From positions 1 through 44,451 of the forward strand of contig CAJVPI010000187.1 in NCBI GenBank assembly GCA_910592345.1: DNA of 44,451 bases. Direction: 5' to 3'. Within the stretch, counting starts at the first letter, position 1. The number at the start of each line of letters is the position of its first letter. Below are positions 12,872-27,034 of this stretch, piece by piece. A program made the position numbers and the translations under genes. The notes beneath the pieces were generated by a model that made no database searches, had not been told where the DNA came from, and was given only the letters and a program-made list of their open reading frames with translations. The stretch comes from Paraglomus brasilianum (Eukaryota).

Positions 12872-15800
12872 TAATTATCTTTTTAAAGACCATCGATACT
12901 TTACATAAAAGTTGCAAAGAGTTCTAGTAACCGATTCCTACCAATCCCAATATAACAATGTATCTAGAATTTTGGGAATAGGGATATATCTGAGTGGGAT
13001 ACAAATGAAGTAAATTTATACTGATATACAATAAATGGTTTTCGGACCCTCCAAGTTGACCGATATTTATGAGACGCGGAATAAGAAAGAAAAAAAGACG
13101 GCTTTGATAATAATTAATTGCAGTTCTGGCGCTGATATCTTGAAATCAGTCAATTTTTTTAAAAAAAGAGTCGAACAAAATTAAGATTAAGTGTTGAACA
13201 TTTCCATTTCATAGCATTTAATCCTAGTTTTACTTAATTGTTTTATTGTTACTAGTTCAACAATATATTGCAAATCTACAGTTGTTTTTTGATAACCATT
13301 GCAATATTTTGTAATAATTGCAATTGCCAAACACAAGTAAAGTCAAAATGGTTGTATTATAAAAAAAACTTGTCTTTATCCAAACTCTTAATTCCATCAA
13401 ATGCCATGCTGAAGCGTACAATATGGCCTTTGCCTCTCAAGAACATTATTAACCTGTTCGTTCGTATTGAATGCCAAATGAATGCACTTTACGCCGGTAC
13501 TTACATGTTGATGAAACGTGAAAAGCGAATATTGTAACAGTATCGTCAAGATTACAATAATAAATTCTATCTCTCATCATAAAATACTTATCTGCAATTT
13601 TCTTTACTATATTTTTTCCTCAAACCTAGTCTAAATCAGATATTCTTGGCAACATTCTTCCGTGTAAAATCTTCGCATAATCCATTCTTGGACTCCTAAT
13701 TCGATTGTAAGGATTAATAGTGCAAAAAGCGTCAATTTAAACGTGCTATTATCTCCAAGGCTTGCAATAGAATTTGCGATCGACTGATTAAGCAACCGCA
13801 TAATCTCTAGAAAGCGCATACAATTTTTTTCCAAAAAATTATTAGAATTGTAGTAACGTTTTTGCCAATTGTCATTTTCGTTTCCATCGTGGTATTCGTT
13901 TTTTATTGCAACACATGCCATTCGTTCTAATGTAAGTGCAATTAATTTCTAACATATTAAGATATGTCTTCGGACAAAGAGGCAATTGTGATTCCAGCAG
14001 TGGAAAGTTTCCTTTCTAGTGCATGCTTCTTTTTAAGACTCAGCTGGTACGCACATAATTCGGCAACTTTTCTCTCGAATTATTTTTGGAAAGAAAAAAA
14101 AACCGCAATTTTAGACTAATACTCGTAGTGAACGTTTTCCTCGGCTATAATTTGCGCCATTATCGCACAGTCACACAAAGATTTTCGGCCCCGTTACACG
14201 GACCGACAAATGACCGCCGAGGGATTGCGCAGCCCGATATAGTAACCAATATCATATATCCTATCATTGACCATTAAATGAATAGATTTACTTTTGGGAA
14301 TAAACCGACCATACCGTTCTCTAGGAAAATGTATAGTGAATGGGTTCAGTAAATTTGGCGACTCGTATACAAGAAGATCTAGAAGTATAAACTGGTTATT
14401 TAAGGGAGAGGTAAAGCTGACTATTACGATCGTAACACTGGTACAGTATAGCCAAACTTGCGCGAATTATTATTATCGCTTGGTAAATTCCAGCTGAAAC
14501 CGCGATTACATTTATTAATCAAACCTTTTTTTATAAATAAGGAATTGATAGTCCCATTATTATGCACCTCAAGGCCAAAGTGGGTGATGCACATTGTGAA
14601 GAATGTCATGTGATCTTGAAAATCATGAGCTCGGTGAAATGGAGAATTCGGGAATATTAGACAAATAATAATGGGGGCCATTAAATAATAATCTTTTGAG
14701 GGATGATCGAATCAAATGCGTGCCTGAATTTGAATTTCTCGATTGGGCAAAACACCAGTCAACAATCGGGAATTAAAACATTGCATATTAACAAATTTGA
14801 TAAATCCCCCCTGAAAAGTCTGTTATAAAGGTGCCATATCAGTAATAGAAGGATGTGGCATGGTGATTTACATCCCATATATTTATTAGCTGCACATACT
14901 AAATCGCGTTTTTTATTTGTATTACCTTTGTGTTCATTACCGAAATAGACAAGAGCGGACATTTGTAATAAATTCTTTCCCCATTCTTTTCGAGAGATAT
15001 GCAACAATTTAGCATGTAATGTATAACAAGCGAATGTTGATTAGCCATACAAATTCCCATCGGTCTGATGGACCCCGTCTATCTACATTCATATCAAGAT
15101 AATGAAACATTTCATCAGCTTGATTCATAGTCCAGTACTCCTTGTTCAATTTCTTCAATCTACCGATTCTAGTAAAGAACCTGGCCAGAATAATTTGTTT
15201 CGTCTGCATTTAATAACGTTTTTTCAAGCTGATTGGATAGATCGACTCGTCTATGTCGTTTGTACTCTCTCATCTATCAAGCCTATTTAAGACAAGATAT
15301 AGATTGATAGTTGACTAATGCTAATAAGTTTAGAACAAAAATATTTTCAGCATTGGCAGGATAATCTTGATCCCTATTGTAAAAAAGAAGAGAAAAAGGA
15401 AACGTCATAGGTAATCAAACTTGGATATGAAATCATCAACATCATGTTCTAACATATTTATTAAATTATCCTTCTGACACTGGTGGAAAGAACTTTTAAA
15501 CATGTCGTTAGATGCCTTAAAGGGATAAATAATGTCACAAGCCGAGAATAGTAAAATTGTTGATCCAAACCCGAACCCCTGACATGTCCCACTTGTACTT
15601 GGCTGAATCGACAAAACTGCTATACTTGGTTACCGACTTCTAACTTTGCTTCCTCTCTTTCCGACTCCTAAAGCCCCCCTCCCCTCCCCTTTACTGGGCA
15701 CATAACACACCTAATTCTATTACTCGAATTATCGTCTTGGTGTTAAACAACGACTTTCTCTTCCCCTTTTACTTATCTAACACCATACCTATCTTTGAAT

Positions 15801-15913
15801 TGTACGTGCTCCGAGGTTGAAATCTCAATCTACCCATTCCTTCACATATCAATCATCGTACTGGAATTTATATAGCGCTTCTTATCTTTTCGTTCTTCCG
15901 TTTAGCGGCCTGA

Positions 15914-18900
15914 ATGGAAATATTTAGTCGAAAGCGAACAGACAACACCGATGGTGGGTCAGGCGGTTCTAGTGGTGTTCGTCAAAAGACTTCGACTACT
16001 TCTTCTGCTCAAACGCTTCCAAAGCGGAGTGTATATGTTAATACTCCTTTGCCGCCAAGCGAGATAGATCATAATGGAGACCCTATTATGTATTTCGTAC
16101 CAAACAAAATACGAACTGCTAAATATACTATTTTTACTTTTTTACCAAAAAACTTGTTTGAACAATTCCGTAGAGTAGCCAATATGTATTTTTTGTTTCT
16201 TGTAATTCTTCAGACTTTTCCGTCTTTAAGTGGTGACGTTTCCCCAGTTATGGCTGCTACACCCCTTGCCACCATTATTATCATAACTGGTGTGAAAGAT
16301 GCAATTGAAGATTGGAAGCGTCGTCAGCAGGACAACACACTAAATAGATCGCTCGCTACAAGACTTTCGGATTGGCAGAACGTTAACGTTACGGATAGTG
16401 GAAATACGTGGAAAAAACGATTATATAGAGCATGGACGACAATCTCTACACTATTAAGTTCAATACTGGATAAAGCCGCTAATAAATCCGATACTAATCA
16501 AAGGAATAGTCCGGACAACAACACATCTTTTGCTGAACAGGGACAAAATTCTTCCAACTTAACAAAGGGAATACCCAAGATAGTAGTAAGAGAGTCGCCT
16601 AATACTAATACTGCTCGTTGGGCTGAAACGCGTTGGCAAGATATTAAAGTTGGTGATATAGTGAAATTAAAAAACGACGACGACATTCCAGCGGATATGG
16701 TTATTTTATCCACGAGCGAGCCCGATGGTTTATGCTACGTTGAGACGAAGAACCTTGATGGCGAAACCAATCTAAAAGTGCGTCATTGCCTTTCGTCAAC
16801 TTCATCCTTTGAGAATGAGGCTGATTATGAGCGAGCGACATTCTATGTGGAATCCGAGCCACCTCATTCCAATCTCTATTCTTACACAGGCGTTTTGCGA
16901 TGGGTCGATGAGAACGGTGTTCAGTCCAACGACTCCAAAGTTGATCCTATTTCAATAAACAATGTCTTTTTGCGAGGCTGTGTTCTCCGTAATACTGAGT
17001 GGGCTGTTGGACTGGTTATTTACACTGGCACTGACACTAAAATTATGTTGAATTCTGGAGATACTCCTAGCAAGAGAAGTCGCATCGAAATTGAAACGAA
17101 TTTTCATGTAGGTTTTTGAGATACTTGCCGTTGATATACGTCATTGGTAGTTTACTATTGCTCACTCGATGTCTCTATTTAGGTTACTATGAATTTTATT
17201 ATTCTTTTTCTCATGTGTCTGGGATCTGCCGTTGCAGACGCTGTCTTTTTTCTGCCACCAATCACTTCTGAAGACTTTTTTGAACCGGGCGACGATGGAT
17301 CAGGAAGCGCCTTTCTCACCTTTTGGTAGGATACAACGATAACTTTTCTTTTACGTTTGATACCCGATCAACTATTAATCTTTCTGACCTAATCGATTAT
17401 AGGGCAAGTCTTATTCTATTCCAGAATATCGTTCCTATCTCATTATACATTAGCATAGAAATGGTCAAGACCGTTCAGGTAAATGTTATCTTTACAGTAG
17501 TATATTGCACGTAATTAAATAGTCACAAATATCCATCATTTTGAACTTTGCAGGCTTATTTCATCCATTCGGATATCGAGATGTATTATGAAAAACTCAA
17601 TCTCCCTTGCGTTCCCAAGACCTGGAACATATCTGACGATTTAGGACAGATAGAATACATCTTTTCTGACAAGACTGGAACACTAACACAAAACGTCATG
17701 GAATTCAAGAAATGTACTATTAACGGAGTAGCATATGGATTGGGTGAGACAGACGCTACACGAGGCGCCAAGCTGCAAGAAAAGTTGGACTCAGGATCCA
17801 ACCCTAGCGATGAAATAGATCTAGAGAATGAGAAAACTATCATGTTAGAGGAAATGTCTAAACTCTATGACAATAGATATCTATCGTCTAACTTTACCTT
17901 CATCGATTCAAGAGTGATGGTTGACTTGTCTTCAGACACCCAACAATCAAGAGCCATCCAAGACTTTTTTTCCGCTCTTGCTTTATGTCATACAGTTCTT
18001 GCAGAGCGTCCGGATGAAAATAAACCCTTTGAACTAGAGTACAAAGCCCAGTCACCTGATGAAGCAGCACTTCTTGGCGCCGCACGCGATGTCGGATTCG
18101 TATTTGTTGATCGAGTTCAAGATACACTGATCATAGATGTGATGGGTGAACGAAAAGAATTTACTCTACTGAACGTATTGGAATTCAATAGTACAAGGAA
18201 AAGAATGTCCGTCATTGTTAGACCACCAGAGGGTGGTGTGGTATTGCTATGTAAAGGCGCTGACAGCGTCATATATGAACGATTGGAAAAAGGACGACAA
18301 TCCAAGTTAAGGGAAGACACCTTGGCTGACTTGGAAATCTTTGCTAATGAAGGTGTGTACTTGTAATATGTTTGCGCTGCAAAATAAATAAATGCTCATT
18401 AACGATTTTATGGTAGGCCTTCGAACCCTGTGTATCGCATACCGTGTTGTTCCCGAAGAGGAATACACTGCATGGTCAAAGAAATATGCAGAAGCAACAT
18501 CAAGTATTAATGATCGAGAAGAGAAGGTTGCAGAGGCGTGCGAAATGATCGAACATTCACTCACGCTAATGGGTGGCACTGCTATCGAGGATCGTCTGCA
18601 AGATGGTGTTCCGAACTGTATAGCAACCCTTTCTACAGCTGGCATTAAAATATGGGTATTGACCGGAGATAAAACCGAGACTGCCATTAATATAGGGTTC
18701 GCATGCAATCTACTCCAAAAGGATATGCTCCTAATAATTGTACATGCCTCTGATAAACAAAATACCGAGAAACAATTAAAAGAGAGTCTTGAAAAGTTCT
18801 TTGGTTCTGGATCAGAGAACAGTTCCCAGAAGCATGCTTTAGTCATTGATGGTGAAACATTGAAACACGCTTTGGATGAGAGCCTGAGCCCATTACTATT

Positions 18901-20767
18901 GGACTTGGGAAAGAGATGTGAAAGTGTCCTTTGCTGTCGCGTCAGTCCTTTGCAGAAAGCTAAAGTCGTGAGTCTAGTGAAGAATGGACTCAATGTTATG
19001 ACTTTATCTATAGGAGATGGTATTAGACGTTTAATATATGTGTGGGATATGTGTGGGATATGTGTGTATTCCGAGTTTTTTTTTTCTAACGATTTACTAA
19101 AAATTCACCTTTAACAGGTGCAAACGACGTAAGCATGATTCAAGAGGCCAATGTGGGTATTGGAATTGCAGGCGAAGAAGGTCGGCAAGCTGTTATGGCT
19201 GCTGATTATGCCTTTGCTCAATTCAGATTCCTGACAAAACTTCTGCTTGTGCACGGGAGATGGTCATATATTCGAATAGCTGAGATGATCTCGTGCTTCT
19301 TTTATAAGAACATTGTATGGACTTTTGCCATGTTCTGGTATCAAATTTGGGCAGGGTAAAAATTTCTTCCTTTCTTAAAGCTCGAGTTGAGACAGAAATG
19401 TAAGAGTTTACTTGATGTTTAACACATATTGTCAACTTATAGATTCAGTGCGCAGTATTTGTATGACTATACGTACATCATGCTATATAATCTTGCGTTC
19501 ACCGCGATTCCCATCATGTATCTCGGTAAGTGGTTACGACCGACAAGTTGATTTTAGCTGATTTCCTACGACGGAGGACTTACGCTTTCTATTTCATTTC
19601 ATTTCAGGTGCCTTTGATCAAGATGTTGATTCCAAAACATCATTGGAATATCCGCAACTTTACAAACGTGGCATATTACAACAGGACTTTACCAGAAAAA
19701 AGTTTTGGCTCTACGTATTGGATTCAACTTATCAGTCGCTCGTCTGTTTCTTCATACCATTCGGTTTTTTACTATACGGGTCATCACACGAAAACGGATT
19801 AACAAGCAATAGCTTAGAAGATTTAGGAACTATTGTTGCTGGAGCTGTAGTGGTGACAACCAATTTATATGTCGGATTGAACACAATGAATTGGACTTGG
19901 ATGGCATTTACGGTTATTGGGCTCAGCATTCTCTCGTTCTATGCATGGGTCGAACTATATGCTGTTTGGTATTCCATTGGATTCTTCAGAGTTGACGAAA
20001 TATTATTCTCGCAGGTTGATTTCTGGCTATCTATCGTTTTGGCTACACTTGTCAGTCTTTTGCCGCGTTATCTGGTGAAATACATATATCAGACATATCA
20101 TCCCATGGACGCAGATATTATTCGAGAGCAAATATTTGCTACGAAGAAAGCAAAGAAAACCAAAACTGTCTTCATTGAAGAAGAGCAAATGCCGATTACA
20201 AGCACTCGGAAATCATCTTTTGAAAACGAAACAGCCATTTCTAGTACCGTATTACCAACCGATGTTGAGAGCGAGGCCTCTTTCACCGATTCTTCCACGT
20301 ATCCGCCGGAACAGGGCACAGCAAGAAAAATACTATCACTCTCGAAGTTACCAGCTTTCAAATTGAAGAACAAGAACCAACGCAAGCCATCGGTCCGTTC
20401 GATCGACCAGCTTATGTACATGTCGACAGGCAGGCGAGAATCTTTCACTGGATTCGCATTTTCTGGGGAAGAAAGTGCATTCGAGACGTTCCGTAGATCT
20501 ATATACAACCCAATACAAAGTCGTCGAAAGCTTCAGAGAGCACACAGCATATCCACTACTACCTCAAGTAAAAGACAGACATTCCTATCAACACTGTCAA
20601 TAGGTCGAAGCCGGACATTACCAACTACACTATTTCGCAGAAGACAGAGTCGTGATCCATCACCAAGCCAGTCGATTAACAACTCAAATAGAGAGAGAGA
20701 CGACAGGCAAATGGACACTACTGAATCTTCTGAAGAAGTGGAGTTATCTGTCATTTCCCGTTCCTAA
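15914..20767 (+). CDS. P4-ATPase phospholipid flippase (Dnf1/Dnf2/Drs2 family), multi-exon
   Basis: [65 protein letters not shown] and C-terminal GFAFS motifs. Confidence 0.96.
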
Positions 20768-21201
20768 TCAATCTTTTTTTATTGTAATCTGAATGTATTT
20801 AATACTATTGTATAGTATTTTTGATTTTCGTTTTCAAGCACTAATTTCTCAAATGTTTACTATTTGAGCTTTGTAATATATACAACAATAAATAGATAGA
20901 TCAAATATTAAACAAATGCGTTCAAGTTTGAAGAAACTCTGATGTCCAAAAATCGCTAGACATTCGAGGCACCCAATAATTCAACTCGCGCTGCGCTTGC
21001 CGTAGCAGTGACTGTAGTACTCGCCGTAGCATTTACTTTTATCCATTCCATCACGTGAAATTAGGACACTTGCTGCTTGCTTCGCTCAAAGTTTGACCCA
21101 TCTTATATAAAGGGGAAAAAAAATCACTCACATTCAACGCAATAGCAGACGTTCCCTTTCTCTTTTATTTGGCTACATTTACAATGAAAATATGTTCCGC
21201 C

Positions 21202-21585
21202 TTACAAGACCGGTCTGTTGGTGCCCTGTTCAGCGTTCAGGTCAAGTTCTTGAATGGATGTTACCAGAGCGTATACAGAAGCCTTGAAAAGAGTATAAAC
21301 TAGTCCAGCCTTTTTCTCAAGAGTCCGTAGTTTATCGACAAGCAAGACGACATCGGTACCATTCATCTGACTAATAGTATGGTTCATCTTTGAAGGGGAC
21401 AGCGTCAACAACAAGGATAATTAGCTTGTAAGAACTGATTGGAAAACAGTATATCTGACCACGTTCACATCGATACATCCTTCCCCAAGATCATGTACCT
21501 TCTCGACATTACTCACGAGGGTTTCATACTCGAATAATATATTGTGCTCAAGGCCGGAGACAGTAGCAGGTTGTTGCAGAGTCAT
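21202..21585 (-). CDS. DAD3: DASH/Dam1 kinetochore complex subunit Dad3, 2 exons
   Basis: Exons 21585-21499 and 21387-21202: SGLEHNILFEYETLVSNVEK|MNHTI...VDKLRTLEKKAGLVYTLFKASVYAL, matching the Dad3 pattern LRxLExKxxLVxTLxKASVY. Confidence 0.88.
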
Positions 21586-21806
21586 TGTGGCGTAGACTTT
21601 GGGCGTAGGAGAGCTGACTCTCTATAAGAAAACAAAAATTTTGATTTGCCCAAACGCGTTACGTCATCGACGAAAAAAGCTGGATGTTCGTCAATCCGTT
21701 GAGTGTCTTGCCTTTAGCAAAACTGCGGCAACTGTCGGTAGTAAACGCCTCCTCTATACTTTGTTATATAAGGTTGTAGAATTGCAACATCAATTCTGCT
21801 TACAAT

Positions 21807-22769
21807 ATGGCAACTTTTACACGAAGAGAAACTGCTGAAATAGAAGAAACAACAACGGAGTCGCACGAGACGACAGATCAAAACAGACCTGAAGTCATCA
21901 TGCCCATACCTATTAGACCAATTAGGGCTACTCCTATTGCTGTTCGTCCCCGGCCTCCGACTCCCAACTCGGAATCACCCAAGCATAAAATGAGAAAGAC
22001 TGAGCGCTCAAGTGATGGCGCTGTCAGCTCGGAAACGGAACAGGATGAGGCATATAGCCAAGCGAATTCAAACAAGATTACCAGACAGGCACAAGAGTCG
22101 AATGACGAGACTGAAAGAATGAATAATTCTACAAGTAGTTCAGCCAACTCGACCAATTCAGCAGCAAACAAAGTTAGCCTTGAGAATCTCACGACTATGG
22201 CGAACGGCGAGCCTAGGAGTGTTGACGGTAATAGCAGAAATAATACAACTAATGTTCGCATGAATAATACACCCGAGATTACGACAAAATACAATGTCGT
22301 CAAAATAGCTCCCAAGATTGCTCCCAAGATTGAGGATAATCGACAATCAGTCATCGATTTTGATAAAATGGTTGACGATAGATCGAAACAAAAGCTATAT
22401 CCATGTCCAAAGTGCGATAGGCCGTTTTCTCGTAAGTTTAATATGGAGTCGCATCTCACTACTCACGACCCACACCGAGTAAAACCATTCTTGTGTGATT
22501 ACCTTGGGTGTGGGCACCGCTTTACGAGAAAACATGATCTGAAGCGTCATGTTAATGGTATTCACAAATGTGAGAAGCAGCATCGATGTCCTCACTGTGA
22601 AAAGACTTTTGCAAGAAAAGATGCCTGGAAAAGACATTCATTTACATGTACCATAAATACTGAAATTCCACGTATGGAGAAGAAGATTGATTCCGATGCT
22701 GTGCGGATAAGTTTATTAGCGAATGCTGATGCTACATCTGTTGTGGCAGAAAACTACGTAAATAAATAA
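21807..22769 (+). CDS. C2H2 zinc-finger transcription factor (3 fingers), intronless
   Basis: CPKC...HLTTH, CDYLGC...HVNGIH, CPHC...HSFTC after a low-complexity N-terminus. Confidence 0.9.
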   Translation: MATFTRRETAEIEETTTESHETTDQNRPEVIMPIPIRPIRATPIAVRPRPPTPNSESPKHKMRKTERSSDGAVSSETEQDEAYSQANSNKITRQAQESNDETERMNNSTSSSANSTNSAANKVSLENLTTMANGEPRSVDGNSRNNTTNVRMNNTPEITTKYNVVKIAPKIAPKIEDNRQSVIDFDKMVDDRSKQKLYPCPKCDRPFSRKFNMESHLTTHDPHRVKPFLCDYLGCGHRFTRKHDLKRHVNGIHKCEKQHRCPHCEKTFARKDAWKRHSFTCTINTEIPRMEKKIDSDAVRISLLANADATSVVAENYVNK

Positions 22770-24098
22770 GACCATCTCGGTGTGTCTATCAAGTTGTTGC
22801 TGTGGTCCTTATTTATTATACTACTTACATCCGTACATGGCCGTGTTGAAGAACTCAATAATGCTTCTTCTTTTGGGGGGGCAACAAGATAGTTAAGAAC
22901 TGTTGGTACAAATACGATAGCTATAGATGTTTACTATTGCTTCGATATGTGTAGTTAGTTGTGAGGTTTAATCAGATAATATTTTAAATTGATAAAATTT
23001 ATTCTCGAACGAAAACAATTAATAAGCATGGTATTCATGATGACATTATATTACATGAGATTGCGTGATATGTATTTGCTTCAATATGGGCTACTCTTTC
23101 TTGACCCGAATAAACCTTCGCGTTGACATTGGGTCATTAATTGACTAGGCATACGATAATAAGCATTTTCAGTATGTACAGAATATTCCATTGATTTTCA
23201 CCTTAATTTAATCTGCTATATTATATATAGAGATTATTACTTGTAAACCACGTTTCCTGTCTCACCTATCCTCCTTGACAAGTAATTAGTTACCAAGAGC
23301 ATACGGCTTTCCAATATCGTGCTTTCCCTTGACTACCGAGAATTAATTGAGAATGGTCCGAACCTGACTCTTACTTCTTTGTGGTTCGGTTTCATCCCTG
23401 CAATTTGAGTCGCATAAGATAACAGACCCAGAGTTGTTCTTAGCAGCATCTGGACGATTGCTCAATCCTATCATACTAGCGCTGGATGAATGTCATTTGG
23501 GAAGTTTAATTGACAATGCTTTTGTTAATGACAGTCAAGATGACACGTTGCTAAGTCAGTTCACGTTGTTGTCATCATACTAGATTAAATTACCAAGCTT
23601 TTGAATTTCATATTATAAGCTGAGATTTCAGTGACAAATTTCGTTATTATTATGAGGTGTTACCAAGTTTCATTAGATGGATCATGTGAATTACACACGC
23701 ACACGTAAATAACAGTGTTAAAAGACGCAAACCGTTTTTTAGCGAGCGAAGAACAAAAACCCGACCAGTGAAATTTCCCACCCACAAGAAACCAAAACAC
23801 ATAAAGAAAAGGAAGACAAAATTATTGATGATTCCGAGTGGGGACCCACCGATTGTTGTGGGAACTCCAAATGTTATCGGGTATATTGTATCGTAATCAA
23901 GAAATACGAGAAGTGAGTACGATTATCTTATTAAGAATATACGTATGGTGGGGTACCTCCTCGGTCCTAAGATCGGTGAAAACCTCTTAGGTTTCTTGGT
24001 TGTTCAGGACTCTTAGCCGACTAACCTGGTCTCATTAACGCACCAATTTTTGAAAACGACTATGACCACAGAAAGCATCACAACATGGATTATAGATA

Positions 24099-24170
24099 CA
24101 CCGGAATCTCTCTATACCGGCCGGACACAGAGAGCTATGCCAACACGTTCGGTATAAACAAGTTTCACTG
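24099..24170. mobile_element. Minimal degenerate MITE
   Basis: TA flanks; imperfect 21-bp terminal inverted repeats ending TATACCG / CGGTATA, resembling other CAGT-ended MITEs in the window. Confidence 0.4.
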
Positions 24171-26789
24171 TACCATGCTTTATATTTATTGAAGTAACAC
24201 CTTTTACAGTATTTTTGTCCTTGTGGCTATCAAACACACAGTATATTAATATGGATCTCATCAGTTTTCACAATTACAGGGTGAAGGAAATGGAAAATGG
24301 TATAACTGCCATGTATGGAATGTAATACTACAACCAAGCTGTAAAGGTAATGGCTGTTGTCAGGTAGTTTTTCTTTATCCTTAACAAACTAGCTTTGATC
24401 TGACCAGTTTTTCCAGCATTTAGATAATACCGAATTATATCATTTGGATGAATTTTTGGGAAAGAAAATTTTGTCAGTTGCAGAGTGGATTGGAAACGTA
24501 GTTGAATTTGGGGCTCTCCGATGATTCAATTTCAGATCTATGAATGCATTCGGATCTACTGCCATCTTCCCCACGCGCGAAGTTGATTACGAAAAGTCGC
24601 TGGATAAGTTGTCATGCCAAGAAAATACTGTCTGGCAATCAAGCGCGACAATTACAAACAAACGTCTCATCACCCGTGTCATCCGTCTAATCACCCGCCT
24701 CTAATGCCCCATCTGTGATATCCAAACCTATATTGGATGCCATATGGTGTAAGACGAATGCATGTTATGGGAGGGATTCACCGTTATAGCCTTTATTAAT
24801 TTTATAAATCCTTGTTAACTCTTTGTATATCAAAAATCTTTATATTGTGCTGCACCATTCTATCCATTTCATATTTGCGATATTAGAATACACCTTCGAG
24901 TGCCAGTGGGCGAAAGCGCTGTTTACAGTACAAACCAGCCAATAATATGTCTCCCACGATATACGATTCGCAGAATTTGACATAAAATCCATTGTACGAA
25001 ATAATTATTAGTAGGAGAAGCCACATTCCGTTCGAAAGTAGCTAAATTCCTCGTGCCGACGATTGTCAGTGCAGTTGTTTCAGCTCTTCAGACGATGTCT
25101 GAGTGACATTGGTGGTCAAGTTTGAGGTATTTCGCTTGTATGTATCAGAAAATAGTTCGCCATGTCCGATTTTAGTAAATAAAATGTGTGGGTTATTGTT
25201 TCCAATTCGCGTACAGTGTATATTACGCGCATTAGATGATCATATGATATTTCATGTGAAGATTATGTACGATTGCATTCGAGGCGCATTACCCCGGGAC
25301 AATTTTCGGGTTTATGCGGAAATTGGCGGGCGATGCAGCTCTATTCCCGCAAGCTCGGAATGATGACGACACAAAGATTCGAATGGACAACAAGCTTTAT
25401 CCACTTGGCAAGGTCAACATTACTAGTATTTGGTTTCTGACTTCTGTTCATTATTAAGTGTGTATTAGTAAAATCTAATCACATGCCGCGCATTTATATT
25501 TAGGGAGGTGCATTACAATAGAAATACTGTTACTATAGATGGGGCTGAAAGCAAAACGTGATAATAACTAAATCATAGGTCCCCTCGTGTTAACCGTGCG
25601 CGGGGGCTTGTACTTAGGGGGTTTGCACTTAGGGAGATCCCACTATATATCGGAATGAAACCTTACATTGATGAAGTCAACTACCTGTAATTTGAACGTT
25701 TAAAGCCGGGATGTTTCTTCTATATTGTTATTAATGTTAAAATACTCTTTAATTCACAATCCAAATATGAAATGCCATTGTAATTTTTGAGCCCAACATA
25801 ATTCGATCGTTCGAGGTATCACTGAAGCAACGTGAAAATCGCATGGCATCGTCGATTTTATCATACCCTGTTTGATATTGCGTAACATGAAATCGAGCTC
25901 TAAATTTTTTTGCAATCCATTATTATTGAAGTTCAATATTACTTAAGGTTTTACGGATTGACATTGAGCATCGAGACTTTAATCAAAAACTAACGCACAT
26001 TAATATTAATTTATCGTAATCGATTAAAACATTTGATATAATGGGACACATTACATTGGTTTTTGCGCGCACCTACAAACTGTTTCAATCGAATATCCGC
26101 AGTATCGCAGAAATATAGGAAATTTCACCGTTCACAGTATGCTTGTTAAATGAAGTAGTAAATCAAACAGCCATTACCATTGGTTCATTATAATTAGGCT
26201 GACTAAAATTTTGACCTCTGAAACAGTTTTACAGCATGTCGTCATTATGACTACGTATTTGCAATTAGGGGACGACCTTTTATTTTAGACTTTGATAAGA
26301 ACGGTTGATCAGATAATCCGATATGCACAATGTAACGAGATAGTACTGAAACAGCAAAATGCAAATGATTATTTATTATTATTACCGTTCCAGCCGACCC
26401 TCCCAATAGTCACGTATTCGATTACGTACGTTACACTATTGATTGTTGAATGATTTTCCCTTTAGTGACAGCCCTGCAATAATGATAATGAAGGTTTTTT
26501 GCGATAACCGTTTAACCGGATTTTCCTGTAACAGGACCCGTGTGCAGAAGGTTGCATTTGGATTGCTTTATGAGGGTTACATGCCACCCGCCATTGTACG
26601 TATATAGAAAACTCTTTTTTTTTTTGCACTATTTGAAAACATAATAATTAATAGAATTTAATCTCTCCTCCATCTCGTTAGAAAATGAAACCTTATAAAG
26701 GGAATTTGGGGCCAACCATCTATCCGAGTAACATACTCGGGGTTTCTTCTACCCTCAACTCGGTAACGATCAGCGCCCCCAAATAAAAA

Positions 26790-26797
26790 TCACGTGA
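26790..26797. promoter_or_regulatory. Palindromic E-box TCACGTGA about 240 bp upstream of MTHFR
   Basis: Matches the Cbf1-type site found in yeast MET promoters, but the same motif also occurs at about 21051, 37523 and 43470. Confidence 0.3.
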
Positions 26798-27034
26798 GAT
26801 GTATCTATATGCAGAGTAGTCTGATAAATGAAATCATGATCTTATCTTACCCGCCCCCAACCTTGGAAAGCAAATTTTAAAAAAAATTTTTTTTGGTGGA
26901 AACCAAAGTTGCTACAAAAAGACCGCATTCCCCATTCATTAGATGCATTGCATTGTACCAATAGACAATACGCATTGTAAACTATAGCCATATCACCATA
27001 AAACAAGACAATATTCATATAAATTAGCATTAAT

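Noticed and set aside
13268..15614. Scattered short ORFs between SEC11 and the flippase
   Set aside because: No recognisable domain or coherent splice model; probably decayed repeats.
18307..22637. Long antisense ORFs over the flippase and zinc-finger genes
   Set aside because: Shadow frames of real coding sequence.
24280..24520. Exon-like, Cys-containing segments (possible metallothionein)
   Set aside because: Splice phases do not join into an open frame and there are too few Cys; at most a decayed relic.
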